A stretch of 64,000 nucleotides of DNA from NCBI RefSeq assembly GCF_964204645.1, contig NC_134030.1, positions 1,037,355-1,101,354 of the forward strand, given 5' to 3'. This stretch comes from Tubulanus polymorphus. Its lineage: Eukaryota > Animalia > Nemertea. The notes below the pieces were generated by a model that was not told the DNA's origin, made no database searches, and was given only the letters and a program-made list of their open reading frames with translations. Position 1 is the stretch's first letter; each line of letters starts with the position of its first letter. The translations under genes were made by a program, and so were the position numbers. Positions 23,353 through 36,600 of the stretch are shown here, piece by piece.

Positions 23353-26300
23353 GTAAGTACAAATTTACTGCTTCCATGCTTATTTATTCATACTTAGTAT
23401 TTTGTACCCCTGGGTCCAGTTTCACAAAAAGGATAAACGCCTTAATCGATTTAAGATAAACTGAATTAATGAAGAAATTAAATCGATTTAAGAGTTAAAC
23501 CTGTTTGTGAAACTAGGCCCTGAATTGCATCTAGAATGAAAAAAAAGAAAAAAAAATATTGAAAATAACGTTGGTGAAATATTTCTGGATCTTTCTGGAT
23601 TTCTGCTCAATGCATCGTTTAGTAAAATATCGATATTCTCTAAAAGTAAAGATATAAGAATAAAAATATTGTATTGAATCGTGATTAGTTACTGTATGCG
23701 CTGCTAGTTGTTGCCCAACCCATAGCCTCATTTCTCTCCATTCTAAATTTGCATTGTTTAACATTGTCTGGTCGCTATGGAAACTATTTATTTAAGTTTC
23801 TTTGTTGTATCCATGGCAACAGTAACGTTTAGGTAGTGGCACCAATTATGGGTCCCAACGTTCCCATGGCGATACATGAGAACATTTATCCTATTTTTGA
23901 CCTTCATGACGTAAGATGGTAGTGAGTCGATGACGTCATTTTCGTCTCACCACTAATGAAAAAAAAAATGAAATGAAAAAAAAGGAAAAAATCGTTAGAA
24001 TTACGTTTATGAAATTTTTCTGGATCGGCTAAATGTATTGTTCCATTAAATATCGACATTCTCTAAAATTATAGGCATCAATATCAAAATGATGATACAG
24101 CAGACTCCGCTTAACTCTGTTCTATTTGGACCATTAATTAACCGAATACCAACTTTTTAAAATTTTAGGATTTTAACTTTAAGGATCAGAAAATGTGTAT
24201 GCAATTTCAACCGGGTACCGAGTAGGGTGGCCGAGTCTACTGTAGTCTGCTGCCACCTCGAATCCATTACCTTATTATCTCTCAATTTGCATTGTTTGAC
24301 CTCGTCTGGTTGCTATGGAAACTATTTAGTTATATCAGGAACGGTTTTTTCGAGGTAACCAGTGGCAACATTTAACAGGCGTGTCCGTCCTAGAGATAAA
24401 CTGTCTGATTTCACAGCCACATCCGTCCTAGAGATAAACTGTTAGATAAACTCTGATTTCGCGTCTGTCCTATTTCTTGTCATTGTATGAATATGTTTTC
24501 TCTTTTATAGGGTACAGCGCAGCAACAACAACAACAACAACAACAACAGCAACAGCAACAACAACAACAAAAATTTAATATTTCTATGTCGGGAATAGAC
24601 GTAAGTTATCGTAAACGCCTGTTTGAAGTCATCATTCTTGAGCTTGAAACCGAAATTTATATTATAGAATATTAAACCCTGCTTCTGCTACTGACAGGTA
24701 ATGTCCGTCATACATTACTGCATCGTCAAATCTATACCAGGGTGCACCCAGGCAGATCGTTCGCATCATCACATGCAAAGGGCTGATTATTTTGGAACCC
24801 AGTTTTTATCAGCTGGAACATTCTGCACATTCGACCATATTGATTGATAGCCCGTTATAGACGAGTGGAGAAAAGCTGAAAAACCAGTTCGGAAAAACTT
24901 CGATTGATTTCACTCACATTTACAGAAATTTGGTCCGACCCCAAAACCATTTACTTACACTATACAAATCAGATCAGGTTTTTAACATTGTCCTTGATTG
25001 TATTTTCAGTTTTTGCCGACAACGCCACCGAGTGGTGTACCGCCTTCTACACCGGTAAGTGATAACTATTTTCTAATAAATCACGCTTATTTCAATCTGT
25101 AATTTGAAAATAGAGGGTAGTAGCTGTTATGTATAAATTATGCTAATTAGGAATAAATTCAAATTCGATTAAGTCTCATCATCGTAGAAGTCATATATTA
25201 ATGATGCTAAAGTTGTCATTTAAATTAAGTGTTATATTTACTACTTCATTTGCTTCATGACCCAAAAACCTCTACTATATAACTACTGGTTTTGTTCTAA
25301 TCTTGGAGAATTTGCTGCAAAATTTACTTATCATTTGTTAAACAGTTTTTATTGAAAACCTGAATCAGTGATACATGCATTCATGAATATCCATCTAATA
25401 TTTTGTTTTATTTTATCTTTACAGGATTTATCACCGATACAGCACGTGGACGTAAGAGATTAAACATTGATCTTGAATTTTAAGTTCAAACTAATTTATT
25501 TTTTATCTCACTCGGGACTATAGTTATTGCGTTCACTTTGCGTCCAGTTGTCTCGGCTAGTTTTTGATTTATCGTGTTGATAATTGGTTTATATACTCAA
25601 ACTCAAAATATCGGCGCAATTGGAATTAAGATGGCGCACTTGTATGTCCATTTTTTTCCCCGGCAAAATTAGCACTTTAGCAGATTTTAAGGATCAATTC
25701 TGTTGTTATATTACATTGAAATCAGAGTTTAATATATATCGGTATAGAGCAGGTTTTTGCTCTAGTTATAAATAAAGTTATAAATAATCTCATGACATGT
25801 TCTGTATATGTGTAGTGAGTTTCAATGTCTTTGGTTCCTTTTAAACCAGGGGGAGTTAAATTTGAAAATGTCAGATCGTCGAGCATTTCAGACCACTTCC
25901 AAAGTGGGTCCCTGCACCCCTAGTTATACCGTTAATATTTTAATAATATATTGATATACCATACATTGATATCAGTCTTGTAATTGGATCAACAACCATG
26001 AGATCAAAACACAGCAAATATGAACCTGCTGTGAATCAATAGATTTGTGATAAATGTAATGAAATTGTTATTTTTCATATTGACTTTTTGAGTTAAGGGT
26101 CTGTTGTATAAGAGTATTTGGTATCGCGTGTCAATGTATGATATCAATCTGTATTTCCTCGTTCCAATGTTTAAAAGGTGTTCGTCACCTTATATTAATA
26201 AACTACTTTTACCGTTAGATGGCGCCATAAGTGTGATATTTGATTTATGGGATACCCGCAAAACCAGCTATTCCACCAGATGGCGCAACGAGTAGTAGGT

Positions 26301-27571
26301 CGTTCGTTGTCAAAATTAGTTCATTTTCGATGAACTTTGAACTGGTTTGAAGAAGAAATACTTTCATTCTTCTACTCTGATATCGATTTAGTTTTCATTA
26401 ATAATTGATTCATTTAAGAGAACAATTCATTCAGATTTAATTGAAATGTACAAGAAAATCGAACGCAGACGACCAACTATTTACTAGCGACACCTGGTGG
26501 ATCCTCGCCTGCCATAAGTGGAATCCTCGATTGCCACAGTAAGACTGCGGGTATCCCATTGTTTGGCGTGTGAATTAAAGTAAAGTTAGAAAACGGATGT
26601 TTAACTTTGTTGTGAAACGAAAGCGTTTTGGAGATTTTTAAACCAATCAAATCAATATTTTGATATTACGCTTGAAACCCTTCCCACTCATATTCTACTT
26701 ACTAAGTATATATTCTTGTTTCCGTGGAAATCATGGTGAGTGGCGCCATCTATACAGTGGAGTTAGCTTTATAAATCGAGCATGATTCGACAAGTGGCTC
26801 CATCTATTCCCTAATACTGAAGCGAGGTAACCAGCAGCGCCCTCATATACAGGAAATGAACGCCTATCAAGTTTAACAATGCACGGTGTATTGACCACAG
26901 CGACCGGTGATAATTATATCAATGTTGATTAGCTATTGCCATAGACAGGTCCGTAGCGTTTGACTGGACCAGAACGGGGCCCCCTAACCAAAACAAATTT
27001 TGAAAACGTGCCCAGATAAATTGCCTCTGGGAGATTGATTTAACGAGGTTTTGATTAAATGAACAAATTTTAATATTTGTAAGTTTAACATTTCTGTTTT
27101 TAATTTTTCTTTGCGAGGAACTGAATTTTCGAACCCCCCCGAACCGCCTCAAGCTACGTTCCTGATATAGTGCTAGCTATACCTGAATACTTTTCTCTTA
27201 TTGAAATTGTCTAAAAAACCAGCACCTTGAACTAATGAACGTCATAATGAAAATGTTTAAAAATTCAACCATTAATGAATTTGACTAATGTATTTTTTTT
27301 ATTTTCATTTCTAGCATCAGTTTGCCTCAGAGGCAAGGTCGCCGTCGCTTAATGTAAGTATCAGTGACGCCCTCAATCTCACATGCCTCACTTCCCTCCT
27401 AATGTAACCATTTTTATGAAATTCCTCAAGAAAATATATACTAGTAATCTTAGAATACACGTTTTTGTACCCAGACCCCTTCATTCTACTGAACTACCGT
27501 GTAATAAGTGCCTGTTGTGTTCATTTTCTGTTGCATTGATTTATATATTATTTCTATTTACAGTTGTCAAA

Positions 27572-27612
<41 letters not shown>

Positions 27613-30600
27613 CACCCCTCCCGCCGGAGACGCCTCCCGACTTGCAAGCAAGAAGTAAGTTCAGTCTTCAAATACAATTTCAATGCATTCAATTTTGTGT
27701 ATGGCATTAAAACGGTTAAAGTTGTGACTAGTTTTCATAACTCCGTGACGTCATATTTCCATCGAGTACCGGACCCTTTCCTATGTTTTTTGCCAATTTG
27801 GATTGAATGATCGCCAGCGGTTTTTCTATACGACCCGGCTCTGCTGTATTGCATTTAGCCATCCTTTTTCTTGGCGTTTTTTATAAGAAGGTGTTTGATT
27901 TTGTCTCTAAGGGATTTAGGAATTTAAGAGACACTTGTACTTTCTATGCAGTGAGTTTGTTCTGTTTTTGTTCCCTCGTGAATTTTATTTTTGTTTGGTT
28001 TAATTTGATTTATCATAATCAAATCAAATCAGTGCATATTTCTTGAATTGCGTGTAAGTTATAATGTTATCAAATATCTGTTATATTTAAACCGAATATT
28101 TAATTGTTGTATTTTGAATGCGATAATGCCGCTCCCTGCTAAAGTCCAGCGTCATCATCGTGAGGGATGCGGTCATCTGTTCGGGCCCTGATTACGTTCT
28201 GTGTTCATCCTGTTGGGCTACATCGGGCGTTATATGAGTTCATCCTTCCTCGACTTGCGGATTGTGGTCGGAAGATCTATGGGTTCGGGCCGATAAGTCC
28301 CGGAAACAGAAAGTACAGTTTCTGCCGATGTGCCTATTGATGTCTCTATTTCAGAACATCACAGCGGTCGCCGGCTGTACAAGCACGGTCGGCTTCCCAA
28401 CTCCATTCTCTGAGGAGGATCGCTGGTTCTCTAGTAACGGTCAGTCACCAGTCAATCAACGGTTCAGCTGGTTCAGTTTCCCAGGTATCGGCGCGCGACA
28501 GTCGGGATACCTGCACAGGAACTCAGGTCCGGTCCGGGCTACTCCGAGCACCGGTCCGGTCCAGGCATCACCGGATACTGAACATCCTGTCCGGTAGCTT
28601 CGAGAACTGGTCCGGTCCAGGCATCACAGGGTACTGAACATCTGGTCTAGTCAGCTTCGAGAACCGGTCCAGGCATCACCGGATACTGAACATCTGGTCC
28701 GGTCAGCTTCGAGAACTGGTCCGGTCCAGGCATCACCGGGTAATAAACATCCGGTGCACGGGTACTGAACATCTGGTCCGGGAGCTTCGAGAGTCCGGTC
28801 CGGTCCAGGCATCACTGGGTACTGAACATCCAGTCTGGTCCAGTCCAGGCATCACCGGGTACTGAACATCCAGTCCGGTCTGGTCCAGGCATCACCGGAT
28901 ACTGAACATCTGGTCCGGTAGCTTCGACAACTGGTCCGGTCCAGGCATCACCGGGTACTGAACATCCAGTCCGGTCCGGTCTAGGCATCACCGGGTACTG
29001 AACATCCAGTCTGGTCCGGTCCAGGCATCAGTGGATACTGAACATCTGGTCCGGTAGCTTCGAGAACTGGTCCGGTCCAGGCATCACTGGGTACTGAACA
29101 TCCAGTCCGGTCCGGTCCAGGCATCACTGGGTACTGAACATCCAATCCGGTCCGGTCCAGGCATCACCGGGTACTGAACATCCAGTCTGGTCCGGTCCAG
29201 GCATCAGTGGATACTGAACATCCTGTCCGGTCAGCTCCGTGCACCGGTCCGGTCCAGGCATCACTGGGTACTGAACATCCAGTCTGGTCCAGTCCAGGCA
29301 TCACCGGGTACTGAACAGGGTTCGTCGCGGTGCTTGAAAAGCTTGAAATGGCTTGAATTTGAAAAATACTACTCAAGCGCTTGAAAACAGCTTGAAAATA
29401 GATCGAAAGCTTGAAATAATTATTTTTGACTTGAAATAAAAAGATATGGCTTGAAATGCTTGATTATCACAAATTTTCTTCATCGCGAATTTTTTTCGAT
29501 GAAATCGCAGACAGAATATGTTCTTGAGTTGTTTCTACGCGTGCGTCATGTTTTAGGCATCAATAAAGAAATTAATTGAATTGTATTGAATCGCTATGAG
29601 ACTCTTGTGGTGAAACTCTACGGTGTCTGGAGACATGAACATACGGGGAAATTTCAGTCATGCATGTTATCGAGCATTGATGTAAAATGGCATTGAAATC
29701 CCACACCAGGAGTGAGAGCCATGTTGAAGGCACCGCGACCTAGTCAAAGTCATTGAACATTACAAATTTCGTATTAGGCCATCCAAAAATCAAGGTCTGT
29801 TTGCCGTCATCCGACCGACCCGACTTCAAAGGTACCCAGTGGAAACTTTTTTCTTGGATTCATTGAAATAAATTGTATTTTTGATACAAATGGCCGACCC
29901 ACTGCCGATGTATGAGCTATGTATGTTTGAAGTTAAGTGTGCATCATGTGAAAACATGCCTCGACTATTTAGTTGAAGTTTTCCAGGAAACTGGCAGTGT
30001 TCCAATAAGCTGCCATTCATTCTAAAGCTGGTAATGTTATAGCGTGCATATATTCAATCTACTGTTTCATTTTGAACGCAGATTTCGGATGTTGTTTCCG
30101 CTAAAAGTGGTGATGATAAATTTGTTGTTTTTTTGCCCCAAAATTTTGCAAAAAAAAAATGATGCTACCTTCCTACTGACTTATCCCAAAAATAGTAGGT
30201 GTAACGGCAAAACAGACAATTAATTTGGGATGGCCAAATATCCAAATCTTGATTGATATGAATATTTAAGCTAGGAAATGCTGAAAATCATTGTGATGAA
30301 CAGGTTTCATCTCTAACAGAATCGTATCAACTCGGAGGTTCCACTGGAATCAAAATTTTACCTCTTTTTTAACATTTTTATACGAACCTGTTCAAAATAG
30401 GCAAATTGGCTGCGACTAACGAAAATTGCTTCCAACGTGCCATAAAAAATAGCTTGAAAATGGTATAAATCTAGCTTGAAATGGATTGAATTTCACCTGA
30501 GCTTGAGACAATGAACCCTGCTGAACATCTGGTCCGGTCAGCTTCCAGCACTGGTCCGGTCCAGGCATCACCGGTTACTGAACATCCGGTCCGGTCAGCT

Positions 30601-33600
30601 TCCAGCACCGGTCCAGGCATCACCAGGTACTGAACATCTGGTCTGGTCCGGGCGGCCTGGCATCAATGTTTCGAATTTAAAACATAGTTATCATGGTTCT
30701 AGGTTTGGTAGAGGGCGCTCTTCTACCAGATGCAGGAGCGAGGTCACCTTCACGGAGATCGAGATCGAGGGATTATGATTGATTCTGTAGGAACCATCAT
30801 CATTCATCAGTTCAGGTCGAGGGACCGTTTAGGAAGTTCACGTCTTTCACGTCGAGGGACCGTTTAGGAAGTTCACGTCTTTCACGTCGAGGGACCGTTT
30901 AGGAAGTTCACGTCTTTGACATCGAGGGACCGTTTAGGAAGTTCACGTCTTTGACGTCGAGGGACCGTTTAGGAAGTTCACGTCTTTGACGTCGAGGGAC
31001 CGTTTAGGAAGTTCACGTCTTTCACGTCGAGGGACCGTTTAGGAAGTTTACGTCTTTCACGTCGAGGGACCGTTAAGGAAGTCGTCACAATAATCAGGAT
31101 TTCCGCGATTTCGAAAGTCAGATTTTAAACTTGTTATTGTCATTGTAAGCTACCGCAGTTACAGGTAAGCCTATTTTTGATTGCCCGAGACAGGCGTGCA
31201 GATATTGTTCCCGACTTAAGTTTTTGGTTGATTTTCTTGTGACTTGTTTGTTTTAGGGGTGAGATGGATGAGCCTTATTGTTTTTTGACATATATAGGTC
31301 ATCCAAGATGGCCGCCACAGCCATTACAATGTGTAAAATAGCCATTTTGAAGCTTGTGACAACTCTACAATCTACAGTTTCAAACCAATTTGCCAATTAC
31401 TTATTCTGTGGTTTCATAATGGTAGGAGAATGAGCCTTATTGTTTTTGACGTATATAGGTCATCCAAGATGGCCGCCACAGCCATTTCAATGTGTGAAAT
31501 AGCCATTTTGAAGCTTGTGACAACTCTACAATCTACAGTTTCAGACCAATTTACCAATTACTTATTCTGTGGTTTCATAATGGTAAGAGGATGAGCCTTA
31601 TTGTTTTTGACATATATAGGTCATCCAAGATGGCCGCCACAGCCATTTCAATGTGTGAAATAGCCATTTTGAAGCTTGTGACAACTCTACAATCTACAGT
31701 TTCAGACCAATTTACCAATTACTTATTCTGTGGTTTCATAATGGTAAGAGGATGAGCCTTATTGTTTTTGACATATATAGGTCATCCAAGATGGCCGCCA
31801 CAGCCATTTCAATGTGTGAAATAGCCATTTTGAAGCTTGTTACCGCTCTACGGACTTAAGTTTTAAGCTTAAGACTTAAGATGGCCACCACAGTTATATC
31901 AATGTGTTAAATCTTATCCGATTTGGAGCTTGTTACTGCTCTAAGATGTAGAGGTTTAGAGGTTTATAATTTCATTCATACTTGTACTGTGGTTTATTTA
32001 TGGTGGTCAGAGGATGAGCCCTATTACAATTTGCATTCTCTACTTGACTCACTGGTCAAGGGTTAATATCTAGTTTGATAAATGTGGAGCATGTCGGTGA
32101 ATCACCCCCCCCCCCCCCCGGACTCTGATCTCAATGTCTGATGTCAATCGTCAGCAGTTTCAATGGAATGGGCTCGATTAGGTGTGGAACAAGTGGAATC
32201 CTCGATTGCCACAGTCGAACCTAGAGTATTAAGAGCTCAATTAGGTTGTTCTTTGCGTCTCTTCTCCGGTTGGAGTGCTCCAGTTTCCACCAAATGGAGG
32301 AAGATTAGAGATGTGCAGATTCAAGTCCACCATGCGGACTCCGGCTCCGGCAGCTCAAGGTTCAGCTCCGGCTCCGGCAGCTCAAGGTTCAGCTCCGGCT
32401 CCGGCAGCTCAAGGTTCAGCCCGAACTCACACAATGCCATCTCAAGCATCTACTAATGCTGGTTGGAGAACAAGTGCACAGCTCCAACATTCTCGTGCCC
32501 CTTCTGGTCAGAATAATTCTAGTTCATATCGGGGAATGCTCCTAAAAGGAGCTCTTCCTCTCGGAGAAACTCAAAATGAATGCTCGGGGCCAGTGAGAGG
32601 TTGTCTATAACGAGCAGCCACCTACTGATCCGGCGTTCCCGGGTCGTATCACGGCGGCTACTGTCTTCAATTCTGAACACCTCCCGACATGCGCCCGAAA
32701 GCAGGTCACGAGACACTAATCTCGTCAGCTCTCAAAGATCTGGCCAAAAAGAGAGCAATAGAACCAGTACGGGACGAAGCCACATCCGGCTGGTTTTCAT
32801 GAATATTTATGCTCCTGAAGACCACAGGGCGTCGATGGACTGTCATTCCTCGAGCGGCACCTGGATATCCCGAGGCTTCCGATGACTAAAACAGGGAGGT
32901 AATTCAAGGTCTCCGCCGAGGTTAATGGGCGGCTTCATTGGACCTGAAAGATGTCAGGTTCCTATTCACCCGAAATCTCATCAATTTCACAGAATGAAGT
33001 GGAAACGCCGCCAGTTCCAGTTCAGGTCTCTTCCAGTCGGCCTCAGTACAGCCCACGCCCTGGGTATTTACCAGCTTGGGTCAAGTCCAGAAGGTACACT
33101 ACACTCCAGGGCTGGGTTTCATAGATATGGAAGAAAAATAATTCCAGGGAACATTTTGAAATTTGTCAGTTATAACCATGGTTTCTCATTGTTAGTATGG
33201 TGGTTGAGGATTTATCCCTTTGGATAACTTTGATACTCAGTCTATGAAACCGGGTCCTGGAGTATTTGTCTGTTGGTTTACCTCGACGACTGGTTACTAG
33301 TACCAAACTCGACTATAGAATGTCAGGAGGCGGTGACCGCTGTCGACCGCTGTCGTAGACTTAGTTCACCAGTTCCGCGTAAACTAAGTAAAATCTCACT
33401 TGATGCCGTCCCAACAGTTCACATCTCCGGATCAGCACGGTCTTTCCGTCCATGGCTCGAGTAGCCAAACTTCAAGAAGCGTAGTTACCACAAACGAGAG
33501 GACAGCTAGTTATCGGTGACGCCTGTGGCTAAATGCAATACCGCAGTGCCAGGGGTCGTATCTCTGGCTATCTACACATTCAGAGAATATTAACTAAAAC

Positions 33601-36600
33601 CATAGGAAAGGGTCAAGCACTACTCCGAAAAAAAACTAATTTTATTTCCAAAAAATTATGATATTATATGGATTGCATGCTGTGTGGAAGAAGTTTTCAA
33701 AATTATTTAGGAGCTTATTATAATTTGAATGCATGAATTGAGAGCAATTTGAAATGTGTTGATATCCGAAAGTGTCTCCATTGACTTCACTCATTCACCT
33801 GATGAAGCTTCTATACATTAGTACCCAAAGCTTGTGTGTCAAATAAACTAGTTACACGTCCTATAAAGTACTACTTGTCTCGTTATATATTCTAAACCCC
33901 AGTTAACAATTCCAGTAAGTCAGGTTTAGGGAATAGATATTTAAACCTTGAGATGATACCGATGTAATACAATTCCAGTAAGTCAGGTTTAGGGAATAGA
34001 TATCTAAACCTTGAGATGATACCGATGTGATACAATTCCAGTAAGTCAGGTTTAGGGAATAGATATTTAAACCTTGAGATGATACCGATGTGATACAATT
34101 CCAGTAAGTCAAGTTTAGGGAATAGATATTTAAACCTTGAGATGAAACCGATGTGATACAATTCCAGTAAGTCAGGTTTAGGGAATAGATATTTAAACCT
34201 TGAGATGATACCGATGTGATACAATTCCAGTAAGTCAGGTTTAGGGAATAGATATTTAAACCTTGAGATGATACCGATGTGATACAATTCCAGTAAGTCA
34301 GGTTTAGGGAATAGATATTTAAACCTTGAGATGATACCGATGTGATACAATTCCAGTAAGTCAGGTTTAGGGAATAGATATTTAAACCTTGAGATGATAC
34401 CGATGTGATACAATTCCAGTAAGTCAGGTTTAGGGAATAGATATTTAAACCTTGAGATGATACCGATGTGATACAATTCCAGTAAGTCAGGTTTAGGGAA
34501 TAGATATTTAAACCTTGAGATGATACCGATGTGATACAATTCCAGTAAGTCAGGTTTAGGGAATAGATATTTAAACCTTGAGATGATACCGATGTAATAC
34601 AATTCCAGTAAGTCAGGTTTAGGGAATAGATATTTAAACCTTGAGATGAAACCGATGTGATACAATTCCAGTAAGTCAGGTTTAGGGAATAGATATTTAA
34701 ACCTTGAGATGATACCGATGTGATACAATTCCAGTAAGTCAGGTTTAGGGAATAGATATTTAAACCTTGAGATGATACCGATGTAATACAATTCCAGTAA
34801 GTCAGGTTTAGGGAATAGATATTTAAACCTTCAGATGATACCGATGTGATACAATCCCAGTAAGTCAGGTTTAGGGAATAGATATTTAAACCTTCAGATG
34901 ATACCGATGTAATACGATTCCAGTAAGTCAGGTTTAGGGAATAGATATTTAAACCTTGAGATGAAACCGATGTGATACAATTCCAGTAAGTCAGGTTTAG
35001 GGAATAGATATTTAAACCTTCAGATGATACCGATGTGATACAATTCCAGTAAGTCAGGTTTAGGGAATAGATATTTAAACCTTCAGATGAAACCGATGTG
35101 ATACAATTCCAGTAAGTCAAGTTTAGGGAATAGATATTTAAACCTTCAGATGAAACCGATGTGATACAATCCCAGTAAGTCAGGTTTAGGGAATAGATAT
35201 TTAAACCTTGAGATGAAACCGATGTAATACAATTCCAGTAAGTCAGGTTTAGGGAATAGATATTTAAACCTTGAGATGAAACCGATGTGATACAATTCCA
35301 GTAAGTCAGGTTTAGGGAATAGATATTTAAACCTTCAGATGATACCGATGTAATACAATTCCAGTAAGTCAGGTTTAGGGAATAGATATTTAAACCTTGA
35401 GATGAAACCGATGTGATACAATCCCAGTAAGTCTGGTTTAGGGAATAGATATTTAAACCTTTAGATGATACCGATGTGATACAATTCCAGTAAGTCAGGT
35501 TTAGGGAATAGATATTTAAACCTTGAGATGATACCGATGTAATATAATTCCAGTAAGTCAGGTTTAGGGAATAGATATTTAAACCTTGAGATGAAACCGA
35601 TGTGATACAATCCCAGTAAGTCAGGTTTAGGGAATAGATATTTAAACCTCGAGATGAAACCGATGTGATACAATTCCAGTAAGTCAGGTTTAGGGAATAG
35701 ATATTTAAACCTTCAGATGATACCGATGTTATACAATTCCAGTAAGTCAGGTTTAGGGAATAGATATTTAAACCTTTAGATGAAACCGATGTGATACAAT
35801 TCCAGTAAGTCAGGTTTAGGGAATAGATATTTAAACCTTGAGATGAAACCGATGTGATACAATTCCAGTAAGTCAGGTTTAGGGAATAGATATTTAAACC
35901 TTTAGATGAAACCGATGTGATACAATTCCAGTAAGTCAGGTTTAGGGAATAGATATTTAAACCTTTAGATGAAACCGATGTGATACAATTCCAGTAAGTC
36001 AGGTTTAGGGAATAGATATTTAAACCTTTAGATGATACCGATGTGATACAATTCCAGTAAGTCAGGTTTAGGGAATAGATATTTAAACCTTGAGATGATA
36101 CCGATGTAATATAATTCCAGTAAGTCAGGTTTAGGGAATAGATATTTAAACCTTCAGATGAAACCGATGTAATACAATTCCAGTAAGTCAGGTTTAGGGA
36201 ATAGATATTTAAACCTTCAGATGATACCGATGAATTTAGCAATTTTGAATGAATCAAACCAATATGAGATTTCGATCCTAAGAATATTGGAAGCTTGTGT
36301 TTAACGTTACTAAATATTAATATTATATAAAGCTAGAAGGACACGAGCGTATCCATTTTTCGCCCGATCGCGACGATTAAATTCGCCGGTGAATTTATAC
36401 GCCCGATACGAGCGGGTACCGATCTATCTATAAATCGGCCGTCACGGTGATTTCGTCGCCCGCCGACATTAAACATGTTCGATATTTATGCCGGTGTTCG
36501 GGTCACTTGTTAATTCGCTCGGCTTGTCGGCAAGCTTAAAAAGATTTAGAAAAAACTAGAAATTCTCATTCGTGAATGAACTGGATTCATCTGGGTTCAG

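Larger units (their letters stand above)
14660..30000 (+). repeat. Segmental duplication copy A (direct repeat of ~50408-64000)
   Basis: Collinear and near-identical ORFs (17731/51619, 18371/52412, 25584/59040, 28262/61733). Copy B lacks ~15070-15790 and ~16275-17262. Position 64000 aligns to 30000. Confidence 0.95.
28525..30662 (+). repeat. GC-rich 40/56-bp tandem repeat within the gag-like region, split by a DNA transposon (larger array in copy B at ~61998-63322)
   Basis: Core TCCGGTCCAGGCATCACCGGGTACTGAACATC repeated with two spacer variants. Confidence 0.93.
27748..33560 (+). mobile_element. Decayed DIRS-like (tyrosine-recombinase) retrotransposon in intron 5, interrupted by nested insertions; ends approximate
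   Basis: Gag-like Cys/His N-terminus from ATG 28126 (GCGHLFGP..LCSSCW..TCGLWSEDLW, broken). RT motifs WAASLDLKD..QVPIHPKSH..FQFRSLPVGLSTA at ~32926-33055 and VYLDDWLL at ~33276-33300. No recombinase domain seen. Confidence 0.75.

Noticed and set aside
27383-27658. Exon 5 read as polyQ (VVKQQQ...RTPPAGD)
   Set aside because: Its phases do not fit exons 4 and 6; the poly-Ser/PPETPPD frame fits and shows synonymous conservation in paralogues.
33892-36257. 784-aa and 299-aa ORFs
   Set aside because: They are readings of a 63-bp satellite whose unit is divisible by 3, with no unique sequence, inside an intron.
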